64,000 nucleotides of DNA from an uncultured Planctomycetaceae bacterium. Its GTDB lineage: Bacteria > Planctomycetota > Planctomycetia > Planctomycetales > Planctomycetaceae. The DNA lies in NCBI GenBank assembly GCA_963815195.1, contig CAWFGE010000023.1, forward strand, positions 320,001 to 384,000. The letters are read 5' to 3'. The position numbers and the translations under genes are program-made. The notes beneath the pieces were generated by a model that saw nothing but the letters and a program-made list of their open reading frames with translations, had not been told where the DNA came from and made no database searches. Positions 43,134 to 54,500 of the stretch are shown here, piece by piece. Numbering within the stretch: position 1 is the stretch's first letter; each line of letters opens with the position of its first letter.

Positions 43134-45024
43134 CTATTGAAAGCGGGATTCCTCTTCCCAGATGGAGTGATAAGCCCCGATTGACTCGAAGTGGGACAGC
43201 ATGGCGGTGTAAAAATCATGGCCGCCGAGGGTGGCGCTGTCGCCCACGATCATCAGCTTTCTGCGGGCGCGGGTCAAGGCCACGTTCATTCTCCGGGTGT
43301 CGGCGAGGAAGCCGATGTCTCCCGTCGAGTTGGACCGCACGCAAGAGATCAACACGGCCTCTTTCTCCCGGCCCTGAAAGCCGTCCACGGTGTCAATCTC
43401 CAAATCCTCCCAGCCGGATTCGTCGCGGAACCAGCGGACCTGAGCCGCATAGGGCGTGATGATTGCGATGTCCTTGGGACTCAGACCGGCATCCGCGAGT
43501 TGTTGAACCTTGCGAAGAACAAAAGCTCCTTCGTGCGGGTTCCGCTTGCTTTCGCCTTCCGGCTCCGCTTCTTCCCGCCAGTCGGCCCCGGCCGTGTCGA
43601 TGAACGCCACCGGCCGGCTGGTGAGCGGCGAGGGTTGGACGTTCGGCAGGTCGTGAAGCAGATGAGAAGCCACGGAGTCATCCGCCTCAAGCGAGCTTTG
43701 ATAAAATCGCTCCGACGAGAACTGCATGATGTCGGCGTGCATGCGGTATTGGACGTGCAGCGGCCGGGTGATGGCGTCCCCATACCGGGCCACCAGCCGT
43801 TCCAGCAGGCTCGTGGCCAGACCTTCGCGAGCCGCGGCGGCCGATAGCACGGTGGGTGGCAATTGGCAATGATCGCCCGCGAGCACGATGCGATCGGCTC
43901 TCAAGGCCGGGATCCAGCAGCCCGGCTCCGTGCTCTGGCAGGCTTCATCGATCACGGCCAGATCAAACCGGCGGTTGCCCAGCAGGTTTTCATCGAACGC
44001 CAACGTCGCACACACGACTTCGGCCCGATCCAGCACCGAGTCCACCGCCTGCTGTTCGAGCACCCGGGCGTCGGCTTTGAGCCGCCTGGCTTCGCGGCGC
44101 ATCTCGGGCTTGGCTCCGGGCGCAGGTTTCGCGCGGGTGTACCGCCCCGCCTTGCGAAAGAGCCCCTCCGCCTCGCGCAACATGTCCCGTACGACGCCCA
44201 TCAATTCATGCTCCGCCACTTGGGCATCCAAGGTCAAATCGCGAAGCCGCTCGTCCACGCGGGCGGGGTGCCCGAGGCGAACGACCCGGCAGCCCGAGGC
44301 GATCAAGCGTTCCAAGAGGTTGTCCACCGCGGTGTTGCTGGGGGCGCAGGCCAGAACTTTCTGCCCGCGGCGGACGGCTTCCAGAATCAGCTCCACGACG
44401 GTTGTGGTTTTCCCGGTGCCCGGCGGTCCGTGAATGATCGCCAGATCCTCCGCCGCCAAGGCGAAGCGGATCGCCTCCTGTTGCGAAGCATTGAGCGACT
44501 TGGAGAACTCGCCATCGAACGGTTGCGAAAACCGGGGCTCCCGCTCGCCGAGCAGAATCTCGCGGAGTTGCCCCGTTCGGCCGCGCGCCTGCTGAGCCGC
44601 GTTGATTGCCGCTTCTTGCCGTCTTCGTGTGATTTCATCCGCGGAAAGATCGAGCCGAAACCGCTCCCCGTCCAGGCGCTCCGCCACGGCGACCTCGATG
44701 GAATCGCGAGTTTGAGCCGTGACCACGCCCCGCTCGGAATCTCCTCCCGCATCCTCCGAAGAAAGCCGAACCGGCGATCCGACCCGCAAACGGTTCCACG
44801 GCAGTCGGAGCGTGCGATTGCGTTTCACCAACGTCAGCAGCGTCTCCCCGCCGACGCCCGGTTCGTAGTCCGTGGTCACCAGATCGAGCAGCGTGTCCCC
44901 CGACCGTTCCGCATCGGCTTTCGAGCCGACTGCGCCGCCGGTCATCGAGCTGTTTGGCCTCGGCGTCGGATTCCAGTTTCAGCCAGCGCAACAACCGCTG
45001 AAAATGCTCTTGGCTTGTGGTCAC
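43134..45024 (-). CDS. SF1 (IGHMBP2/Upf1-like) helicase; frameshift at ~44930
   Basis: IHGPPGTGKTTT, CAPSNTAVDNL, IDEACQ, GDHCQLPP, QYRM, TVDGFQGREK, RMNVALTRAR. The N-terminus HFQRLLRWLKLESDAE is in another frame; start uncertain. Confidence 0.9.
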
Positions 45025-45614
45025 CCTGTCCTGCTTTCCTGCGTGCAACAGCCTGGATTCAAGTTCCCCTATGCGTATCGCCGTTCAAAATCATGGGTCG
45101 CTTTGGGGTTTGCCATCGTTCGGATCGCTTTCAAAAACTCGCGGCAACTCCCTTCCCTGGTCCAACTCCTGTCCGATAAGCGGAAAGATCCGCACGCCCT
45201 CCGCCGCCCGAAACTCAGCCACCGCGCGAGCCTCAAATGGCAAAGTCTATTTTGAGCGGGAAGGCCGCTGGCCGACAACTTCGCCGCGAGTTCCGTGGTC
45301 AAAGCTCCGAGGAAAACGGTCGGTTTTGGACTTGGCACTCCGCCGCGTCCATTGCGGTTTGCCTGGCGGGAGTTCTCCACCGCATATTGGCCCACGAGCG
45401 ACCGCCAGCGAAGGATTCCGGTTCCGCGCTGGAAGCAAACGCGGCGAGGCTATCGGATCGTCCGAAACACAGCGATCGTTTGGGTTACTTCATCATAGCC
45501 AATCCGAGTCGCGAACCGAAAGCGGCGGGAATTAGGTCAGTCAATCTGAGCCTTGGCTCGATGCGGGGAAAACGAGAGATGCAGGAAGATCCGTGCATCG
45601 GTTCCCGCGCACGT

Positions 45615-45885
45615 CTTGGTGTTGGTTGCTTCCCGACGTATGCTTTGGGCCATGTGTACGCGGCCCAATTCTTCGAGTCGGCCCAGAAGGAACTGGGCGA
45701 TCTCTCCGCCCAGTTCGTCCGCGGCGAGTTCGCCCCGCTGTTACAGTGGCTCAAGAAAAACATCCACCGCCGAGGCCGGCAATCCCCGCCCACCGAACTG
45801 GTCCGCATCGTCACCGGCGAACCCCTGTCGCACAAACCGCTGATGACCCACCTGCACGGGAAGTATCATGCGTTGTATAATCTTT
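45615..45885 (+). pseudogene. C-terminal remnant of an M32 (Taq-type) carboxypeptidase
   Basis: GCFPTYALGHVYAAQFF...GEFAPLLQWLKKNIHRRG...VTGEPLS...KY..LY matches the M32 C-terminus (GYFPTY.LG..YAAQ); no upstream HExxH part is present. Confidence 0.75.
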
Positions 45886-45923
45886 GTATAATCTCATCTC
45901 AGAAGTTAAATTGGGGCAATCCG

Positions 45924-45954
45924 GATTAAGATTAAGCGTACGATTAAGATTAAG
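45924..45954. repeat. GATTAA hexamer repeat
   Basis: GATTAAGATTAAG-CGTAC-GATTAAGATTAAG. Confidence 0.6.
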
Positions 45955-45980
45955 AATTGATGCAGGGCAGATAGGTTTTG

Positions 45981-46567
45981 ATGTCTGAAGACGCGACAAC
46001 AACCAAAACAACCGGCACGCGGCGCGGGTTTTGGCTGGCGCTGTTGGGCGTGTCGGCGGCGGTGGTGCTGTTGACGGTTTGGCTCAAAAATTCCATCCCG
46101 CAACCGCACGGCGGTTTGCCCGCGGGGCAGAGTGCGCCATCACTTCAAGCGGCCGGTTGGGTGGGCGGCGAAGTTCCGTCGGCTTTGCCCGAGCCGGGGA
46201 CGGTTCGGCTGGTGCATGCGTGGTTTACGACCTGCCCGGCGTGCTACCGCGAGGCTCCGGAGTTGGTCAAGCTGCACGCCAAGTATGCGCCGCAGGGCGT
46301 GGAGTTTGTGGGGCTGACGTTCGAGCCGACCCAGCGACTGCCCGAGGTGAAAGAGTTCCTCCGCCGCACGGGAATCACTTGGCTCAACGGCTACGGAGCC
46401 GCGGAAACGCTCGATCGATTTGTGCCGAGTATTTCCCGTCTGCGTGGATCATCGATCCCGACGGCCAGATCCTCTGGAGCGTCGAATCGCCGATTCCCTT
46501 GAAAGAGGCGCTTGCTCTCGCGCTCGCGGGCGAACTCAAGCCGCCGGAAGACACCGCCGAACCTTGA
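45981..46567 (+). CDS. Membrane-anchored TlpA/redoxin thiol-disulfide protein; frameshift at ~46422
   Basis: TM anchor, HAWFTTCPAC (CxxC), then AEYFPSAWIIDPDGQI in the shifted frame. Confidence 0.8.
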
Positions 46568-46627
46568 TGCGTTGAGGAACCGCCGCCTGAGCGGGTAAAG
46601 TGAGACGTGAACCAAGGGCCGCTCGAG

Positions 46628-46703
46628 TTCCTGAGCGGAATGGCGCTAGCCACCGGCGGGTCGAACCAGGAAAGCCGGCGGCTAGCGCCGTGCCGCTCAG
46701 GAA
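46628..46703. repeat. REP-like inverted doublet
   Basis: TTCCTGAGCGGAATGGCGCTAGCCACCGGC pairs imperfectly with GCCGGCGGCTAGCGCCGTGCCGCTCAGGAA. Confidence 0.8.
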
Positions 46704-46751
46704 GAATGTTCATTATTTTTCGAGTGGTCGTCCTTTCCAAAAAGCCTCAAG

Positions 46752-49700
46752 GTGATGGTGATGCTCGCGCGCCGGCTGCCGGTTTTTCTCCTGTTGTTTT
46801 TCCTGCCGGGTCTTGGCCGCGCGGCGGATGAGGTCCAGTTCAATCGGGACATTCGGCCGATTCTTTCGGACAACTGCTTTTTCTGCCACGGCCCGGACAA
46901 AGGCCAAAGGCAGGCCGATTTGCGTTTGGACCGCGAGGAACAAGTCTTCGCCGATCGCGAAGGCATTAAAGTCCTCGTGCCGGGAAAGCCGGAAAAGAGC
47001 GAACTCTATCGGCGGATCGTTTCCCAGGATGAAGCGGAGCACATGCCGCCGCGGGATTCCGGCCGCAAGCTGACCGACCGCGAAATCGCGTTGATCCGCC
47101 AATGGATCACCCAAGGCGCGGAGTGGCAACAGCATTGGTCCTTGATCCCGCCGGTCTCGCCGAACCTTCCAAATGTCCAAGGGGCCGGCTGGTGCCGGAA
47201 TCCGATCGACCGATTTATCCTGGCCCGCCTGGAACGCGAGGGTTTAACACCTTCCGCGGAGGCGGCGAAGGCGACGCTGCTTCGGCGGGTGACGCTCGAT
47301 CTCACCGGCTTGCCGCCCACGCCGGCCGAGGTGGAAGCCTTTCTCGCAGACGATCGGCCCAATGCGTATGAGCGGGTGGTGGACCGGCTGTTCGCGTCGC
47401 CGCGGTATGGCGAGCGGATGGCGATGAACTGGCTCGATGCCGCGCGTTATGCCGACACCAGCGGCTATCAAAACGACGGCCCGCGCGAGATGTGGCGCTG
47501 GCGGGATTGGGTGATCGATGCGTTTAATTCCCATAAGCCGTTCGATCAATTTACGATCGAGCAGATCGCGGGCGATTTGCTCCCGAACCCCGCGCTTTCC
47601 CAGCGGATCGCCACCGGCTTCAATCGCAACCACCGCGGCAACGCGGAAGGCGGCATCATCCCCGAAGAGTACGCCTGCGAATACGTCGTGGACCGCGTGG
47701 AGACGACGTTTACGGTCTGGCTGGGGCTGACAATGGGCTGCGCCCGCTGCCACGATCACAAGTTCGACCCCCTGAGCCAAAAAGAATTCTACGAGGCCTA
47801 TGCGTACTTCAACAACATCCCCGAGTTCGGCCGGGCCGTCAAAGAAGGCAACTCCCCGCCTTTGATCAAAGCCCCGACCGAACTTCAGCAACGGCAGTTG
47901 ACCGACCTCGACGAGCAACTTCGGCAAGGTCGGCAAAGACTGAACGACTCAAAAGACAAAATCGCAAAAGCCCAGCGCGAATGGGAAGCGGACTTTCAAA
48001 ACAAATCCATGCATTGGTTTCCCAGCGACAGGTTGCTGGCCCACTATCCGCTGGATGGCGACTTCGCCGAGAAGGTGCGGCCGCCCGTCCCCATCTCGGC
48101 AAATCAGATTCCCCCGTTTGCGGCGGGGCAACTCGACAAGGCAGCCAGATACTCCGGCCGCGGAACGGAGATTATCGATCTCGCGAAGTTCAGTTACTTC
48201 GACAAGTTCTCGTTTTCCTTCTGGATCCAACCCGAAAAGCCCACGGGCACGGTTCTGTCCAAGATGAAAGACACCGCGCGGGCGGAAGGCTACGCGGTGC
48301 AGTTGGACCAGGGCAAGCTGCAAGTCAATCTGGTGAAGCGCTGGCTCGACGATGCCATCCGCGTGGAAACCGCGAAGCCTTTGAAGCTCGACGATTGGCA
48401 ACACGTGGCGGTGACCTATGACGGCTCCCGCGTCGCCCAGGGGATCAAAGTTTACATTAACGGCCAACCGGTGCAGCTGACGGTCAAGCTGGATTTGATC
48501 AACCAATCGTTTGAAACCGACGAGCCGTTTCGCATCGGCGGGGGCGGCGGACCGGGAAGCGGGTTTCATGGCCTCTTGGATGATCTGCGGATTTATGCCG
48601 CTTGCTTGCCCGCCGAAACGGTGGCGATTCTTTCTGTGAAGGAAACCCTCAACGACATCGCCGCCTTGCCCAGCGACAAACGAACGCCCGCGCAGCAGCT
48701 CAAGTTACGGGTTTACTACATGGAGCATGAAGCCGCGGACGATATTCAAAAACTCTGGAACCGCTTGAAGACTCTCCGCAAACAGCGCGCGGCGTTGTGG
48801 GAGCGTATTCCGACCGTGATGGTTATGGAGGAAAACCTCGCGCCGACGGAGACGCACATCTTGAACCGCGGGCAGTACGATCAGCCCGGCGAAGTCGTCG
48901 AGCGAAATGTGCCCGAATGTTTGCCGCCGCTGCCGAATGGGGTTCCCAATAATCGACTCGGGTTTGCTCGGTGGTTGGTTGACCCAAAAAATCCGCTCAC
49001 GTCGCGGGTGGCGGTCAATCGGTTGTGGCAGATGTCGTTCGGCATCGGGCTCGTGAAGACCGCGGAGGATTTCGGCTCGCAAGGCGAACGGCCGTCGCAT
49101 CCCGAACTGCTCGATTGGCTGGCGCTCGAACTCGTCCGGCAAGACTGGGACCTGCGGGCGATTCAGCGTTCGATCGTCACGAGTGCGTCGTATCGGCAGT
49201 CGTCCCAGGTGACAGAACCGCTTTATCAAAGGGATCCGGAAAACCGGCTGCTCGCGCGCGGGCCGAGGTTTCGGATGCCCGCGGGCATGATTCGCGATCA
49301 GGCCTTGGCGGCGAGCGGATTGTTGGCCGAGCGTCTGGGCGGGCCATCGGTGAAGCCCTATCAGCCGGCGGGGTTGTGGACGGAACTCGCCAACGAAAAA
49401 CCCTATCAGCACGACCTGGGCGAGAGCCTTTACCGCCGGAGTCTTTACACGTATTGGAAGCGGACCATCGGCCCGCCGACGCTGTTGGTGTTCGACGCCT
49501 CGACCCGCGAAACCTGCCGGGTCCGCCCCGTCCGCACCAACACGCCCTTGCAAGCTCTGACCACGATGAACGACACGATCTTCGTGGAAGCCGCCCGCAA
49601 ATCCGCCGAGCGGGTGATGACCGAAGCGCGAAGCCAACCGGCGGAGCGGCTGGAGGATCTGTTTCTGCTTTATACCGGCCGCAAGCCCAGTGAAAAGGAA

Positions 49701-49889
49701 TCGGACATCCTCGCGAGCGCTTGGACGCACCACCGCAGGCGGTTCGAGCGGGATCCCAAAGCGGCGGCCGATCTGTTAAGCATCGGCGAATCTCCGCGCA
49801 ATCCCGATTTGGATCCGATCGACACGGCGGCTTACACCATCGTGGCCAATCTGATCATAAACCTGGATGAAGCCGTCACTAGGGAATGA
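46752..49889 (+). CDS. Planctomycete cytochrome c / DUF1549 / LamG / DUF1553 protein
   Basis: FNRDIRPILSDNCFFCHGPD, WLDAARYADT, CARCHDHKFDP, LamG-like WQHVAVTYDG..LDDLRIY, HPELLDWLA, TNTPLQAL. Confidence 0.93.
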   Translation: MMVMLARRLPVFLLLFFLPGLGRAADEVQFNRDIRPILSDNCFFCHGPDKGQRQADLRLDREEQVFADREGIKVLVPGKPEKSELYRRIVSQDEAEHMPPRDSGRKLTDREIALIRQWITQGAEWQQHWSLIPPVSPNLPNVQGAGWCRNPIDRFILARLEREGLTPSAEAAKATLLRRVTLDLTGLPPTPAEVEAFLADDRPNAYERVVDRLFASPRYGERMAMNWLDAARYADTSGYQNDGPREMWRWRDWVIDAFNSHKPFDQFTIEQIAGDLLPNPALSQRIATGFNRNHRGNAEGGIIPEEYACEYVVDRVETTFTVWLGLTMGCARCHDHKFDPLSQKEFYEAYAYFNNIPEFGRAVKEGNSPPLIKAPTELQQRQLTDLDEQLRQGRQRLNDSKDKIAKAQREWEADFQNKSMHWFPSDRLLAHYPLDGDFAEKVRPPVPISANQIPPFAAGQLDKAARYSGRGTEIIDLAKFSYFDKFSFSFWIQPEKPTGTVLSKMKDTARAEGYAVQLDQGKLQVNLVKRWLDDAIRVETAKPLKLDDWQHVAVTYDGSRVAQGIKVYINGQPVQLTVKLDLINQSFETDEPFRIGGGGGPGSGFHGLLDDLRIYAACLPAETVAILSVKETLNDIAALPSDKRTPAQQLKLRVYYMEHEAADDIQKLWNRLKTLRKQRAALWERIPTVMVMEENLAPTETHILNRGQYDQPGEVVERNVPECLPPLPNGVPNNRLGFARWLVDPKNPLTSRVAVNRLWQMSFGIGLVKTAEDFGSQGERPSHPELLDWLALELVRQDWDLRAIQRSIVTSASYRQSSQVTEPLYQRDPENRLLARGPRFRMPAGMIRDQALAASGLLAERLGGPSVKPYQPAGLWTELANEKPYQHDLGESLYRRSLYTYWKRTIGPPTLLVFDASTRETCRVRPVRTNTPLQALTTMNDTIFVEAARKSAERVMTEARSQPAERLEDLFLLYTGRKPSEKESDILASAWTHHRRRFERDPKAAADLLSIGESPRNPDLDPIDTAAYTIVANLIINLDEAVTRE

Positions 49890-49928
49890 CGGGACGCTCC
49901 TTTGTGCCTTTCGTCCCGGAAGAGTGGA

Positions 49929-50960
49929 TCACTCATTGCCGATTAGCACATCGAAGCGGCCGTTTGCATCGGCGGCGGCGCGGAACATGCCGGGGGTGGT
50001 GTAAACCCAGACGATTTCGCCCGCCCGGTCGATGCCGATGATCCCCCCGTCGCCGGGGCGAAGACGGTTTTTCAAAACGTGCTCGGCGGATTGTTTCAGG
50101 CTCCAGTCTTTGTAGCGCATGAGTTGCGAGATCTCGGCGCAGGCGGCGTGGCGGATGAATTGCTCGCCGATGCCCGACGCCGAGACGCTGCAGGTTTCGT
50201 TGTCGGCGTAGGTGCCGGCACCGAGGATCGGGCTGTCGCCGACACGGCCGAATTTCTTGTTGGTGAGACCGCCGGTCGAAGTGCCCGCGGCGAGGTTGCC
50301 TTTGTCGTCGAGCGCCACACAGCCCACGGTTCCATATTGCCAGGGCCGGGGCGGCGAGAAGCGGCTGTTTTTTTCCTTCTTTTCGATGGACTGCACGCGC
50401 TGCCATTCTTTGCGGCGGGCTTCGGTGGAGAAGCTTTCATTGGGCGCGCGGTCGACTTTTTCTTCGGTGGCAAAGGTCTCCGCGCCTTCGCCGGAGAGAA
50501 GGACATGCCGGGTGTTGTCCATAACTCGGCGGGCGAGGGTGATCGGATTTTTCACGGTGCGAACGCCCGCGACTCCGCCGCCGTCCAGGGTTTTGCCGTC
50601 CATGATGGAAGCGTCCAACTCGTGCCCGCCCGCGGAGTTGAACACCGCGCCTTTGCCCGCGTTAAACAGCGGATTGTCCTCGAGCTTGCGGATCGTGGTT
50701 TCGACGGCGTCGAGACTGCTGCCGCCTTTTTCCAGCACGGCTTTCCCGGCATTCAGGGCTTCTTTCAGGCCGACGCGGTAGGCTTGGAGATCTTCGGGGG
50801 ACGCGTTTTTGGGCGGCCTGCCCGCGCCGCCATGCACGACAAGGGCCCACTTCACGCGGGGCTTGGCTGGGGAAGCCTTTTCGACGTCCGCAGCGCGGAG
50901 TTGCGTGAGATTCAGCAGCAGCATCCCCAGCACGAGTCCGCAATCAAGCAGGCGTTTCAT
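49929..50960 (-). CDS. iaaA: Isoaspartyl peptidase / L-asparaginase (Ntn hydrolase) with signal peptide
   Basis: VHGGAG, FNAGKG, ELDASIMDG, G|TVGCVALD, TSTGG, GRVGDSP. Confidence 0.93.
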   Translation of the reverse strand: MKRLLDCGLVLGMLLLNLTQLRAADVEKASPAKPRVKWALVVHGGAGRPPKNASPEDLQAYRVGLKEALNAGKAVLEKGGSSLDAVETTIRKLEDNPLFNAGKGAVFNSAGGHELDASIMDGKTLDGGGVAGVRTVKNPITLARRVMDNTRHVLLSGEGAETFATEEKVDRAPNESFSTEARRKEWQRVQSIEKKEKNSRFSPPRPWQYGTVGCVALDDKGNLAAGTSTGGLTNKKFGRVGDSPILGAGTYADNETCSVSASGIGEQFIRHAACAEISQLMRYKDWSLKQSAEHVLKNRLRPGDGGIIGIDRAGEIVWVYTTPGMFRAAADANGRFDVLIGNE

Positions 50961-51501
50961 CCGCGGTGGTCCTTGTGATGGAGAAATTAGTTTGCCCCGA
51001 CGACCGCTTAAGTCTATCAGGTCCGTTCCCGGGGATCGATGTACCGAAAGGCAGCGTTTCCTTCTCTTTTTCCCGTGTTGCGGAAATCTCCCCGATTTGC
51101 GAACCCCGCCCCATGCCCCGAGGGGTTAAAAACAGTGAGGGCTTGCGGGTCACAGATCGGCCGATTTTGACATGACATGTTTTTTTGTTTCGTGGTCGTT
51201 TTTAGTTGTCACGAGCTGGCGGGCCTGTCAAAATGGCGAAATTGGCGGGACGACGCGTTTGTCCCCCTGTTGTTCCAGTACAGCACGGCTGGAGCTTTTG
51301 AACAGGTGATGTGAATCCAATTCGCATCATTCCGGCCAATTTGCCGATTTCCCCCAAACAACTGACATTGTAGGATTTTCCCGCGTTATCTCGGCGAACT
51401 TCCCAAGCCAACCGGGAATATGGGAAATAATATCATAGCGGAACGTATTCTCACACGTTCTTCGTTCATTGCTTTTCGATCAGGCCTGAGGACTTATACA
51501 C

Positions 51502-54500
51502 ATGCTGCGTAACTGGTTGGCGGAATGGAAACATCTCGGACGCATCTTCGGCACAAAAAATCTTCGCCGTCAAAGACCGCGAACCCGCGGCGCTGCCCGC
51601 CAAGCGGAAATTCTGGAAGATCGGACGCTGCTAAGCATCAGCACGATGTTCGACGCCGGCACCTTGACCGTTAGTCTGGACGCGGCGGACGATGCCGCGT
51701 TCTTGCAGATGGACGGCGGGGCGATCGACGTCGGCAGCAGCGACGGCGGCGAGGACATTCTGGCCAATCAGGCGGGCGTGACCACGATCATCGTGCAGGA
51801 CACCGCCACGGGCGGGGCGGCCGGGCAGTCGGTGACGTTCTCCGTGGGTGATGCCGCGTTCTCGCCGGATGTCACGAGCGTCGGCATCGAGACCGCAAAC
51901 CTCAACCAGGATCTGACCGGCTTCGTCGCCGGCGATGCGACCACGATCAACGTCGCCGCTCCGGGCAGCATTCAAGATGCAATCGACCTCGCCGACGCTG
52001 GAGCGACGATCAACGTCGCGGCGGGGACTTACGTCGAGGATTTGTCGATCGACAAGGCGGACCTCGAGCTCGCCGGGGCGGGCAGCGGCACCACGACGAT
52101 CAAAGGCGTCGCCACCAACTTGCAGACCGCTTTCCCGCTCGCCACGCCGAACATTAACGTCCTCGCCTCCGGCATCCAGATTCATGACTTCACCATCGAA
52201 TCCCCGGGCGTCCCGGCGGGCGAATATTCCAGCGGGATCGTGATCGACAGCCCGAACGTGGAAATCTTCAACAACGCCTTTGTGTCGATTCAAGGCGACA
52301 CCGCGCCGGCCGCGGCCAACGACAGCCTGACCAATGTGATGATCCAAACCTGGGCCGGCAGCAACTCGGGCAAATCGAGCAATGTGGACGGGTTGTCCGT
52401 GCACAACAACACCTTCACCGGCAACGGCAAAGGCTATTACGGAGCGTTCGTGAATCCGCAGGGCGAAACGCCGGGCGCGACCGCCGCCGAGGCCGTGCAG
52501 ATTCAGAACAACCAGTTCAACGGCAACATCTGGCGGGCGATCGAAGTCGAGCGGTCCAACGCGGTGATCGCCGGCAACGCGATCACTCCCGGCGCGGAGA
52601 CGCTGCACGCCTGGGGCGGTTCGGGGATTTCGGTCCGCGACTTCGGCACGGCGACGATCGACAACGTTACGATCTCGGGCAACACGATCACCGGCACCGA
52701 CGGCGCGCTAGGGCAGGGTTTTGCGAACGGGATCCTCTTGGGCTTCAGCGACGAGACGCTGACGAACATCACGCTTTCCGGAAACACGAACACCAACAAC
52801 GCCACCGGCATCAAAGTCAACGCCGATGCCTCGATCGCCCTCAACAACGAAACCGCCACCGCAGTGGGCAACGGGTTTGAGATGAACGCCGCGGGGGACG
52901 TTTCCTTCACCGGCGGCACGTTCTCGGGCATCGTCGCACAAAACGCGACGAGCATCACCACCGACGGCGCGGTCAGTTCCTCCGCCGACATCAATCTGCA
53001 AACCACCGGCGACATCACCGTGCAGACCGGCGGTTTGAGCGGCGCGGCCAATGTGATTCTCTCGCCCGGCGGCACGGCGACATTCGCCGGCGGCACGCTC
53101 TCCAATTACGGCGGCACGACGACCTTGGCCGGCGGCACGACGTTGGTCAACGGAGCCATCGACAACAGCGGCGGCACCGTCACGGTGCAGTCGGGGGCCA
53201 CGCTGGGCGGGACAGGCACTATCAATCGCCCCGTGAGCGTCGAAAGCGGCGGCATGATGGCCCCAGGCACCAGCCCCGGCATTCTCAGCGCGAACAGCAC
53301 CACCTTCGCCGCCGGTTCGAGCTTTGACGTAGAAGTCAACGGCGCGGCCACGGCCGGGACCGATTACGATCAACTCAACATCTCCGGCACGGTGACCATC
53401 GATCCCGCGGCCACGCTCAATCTCTCCGGCACCGTCACCGGCGCAACGGGCGGCGAGGTGCTGACGATCATCAAGAACGACGGCTCGGACCCTGTGAGCG
53501 GAACCTTCGCGGGCCTCGCCAACGGCTCGACGGTCACAATCAACGGGCAGGACTTCCGCCTGTTCTACAACAGCGGCGACGGGAACGACGTCGTCCTCAT
53601 CGCGGCGGCGACTTCGGTCACGACGGTCTACGTCAACGACGACTTCGGCCCGCTCTCGGACGGCACGGTGATTCAAGACGCCGACCCCAACACCTCGGGC
53701 GATCAAACCGCTGTCGTCGGGATCACCGCGTTTGCGACGATCCAGGCCGGCGTCGACGCCGTCCAGGACGATCCCGCGAGCGTGGTCAACATCACCGACG
53801 ACATCAACGGGGCCAACGCCAGCCCGAACGCTTCGATCGTCAACGACGGCCCCGGCACTTACACGGAAAATGTCGTCATCAACAAGAGCGTGACGATCGT
53901 CGCCACCGAGCAGGATCCGGCGGCGGTGATTGTGGACGGAGACCAGGCCGGCAGCGTGTTTTCCATCGCAGCCGACAACACCGTGGTGCTCGATTCGATG
54001 ACGATCCAAAACGGTTTGGCTCAGGCCGGCGGCGGCGTCGACAGTGCCGGCACGCTGACGCTCAACAACGACTTTATTCAGAACAACACGGCCTCGGCGG
54101 ACGGCGGCGGCGTGCACAGCGCCGGCCCCGCGCTGACGATCCAGGGCGGCACGATCATCAGCGCCAACAGTGCGACCGTCAGCGGCGGCGGGTTGTGGAT
54201 CGGCACCGGCACCGCGGGCATCGACGATGCCACCATCGACACCAACACCGCCAGCGGAGACACCACGGGGGAAGGCGGCGGCGGGATCTTTAACGCCGGC
54301 GGCACGCTGACAATCGGGGCCACCGCCAACGTCACGATCACCCAAAACGTCGCCGACGGGGCCAGCGGCACGGGCGGCGGGATCTGGAACGGTTCCGGCG
54401 GCACGCTCACGGTCAGTAGCAGCTCCATCACCGAGAACACCGCAACCAGCGGCGGCGGGATCGAAGACGCCTCCGGCACGGGCCTCGGCGTCACCTTGAC

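Noticed and set aside
43134..45024. Helicase as part of an anti-phage system
   Set aside because: It is a stand-alone IGHMBP2-like helicase with no nuclease or other defence partner adjacent.
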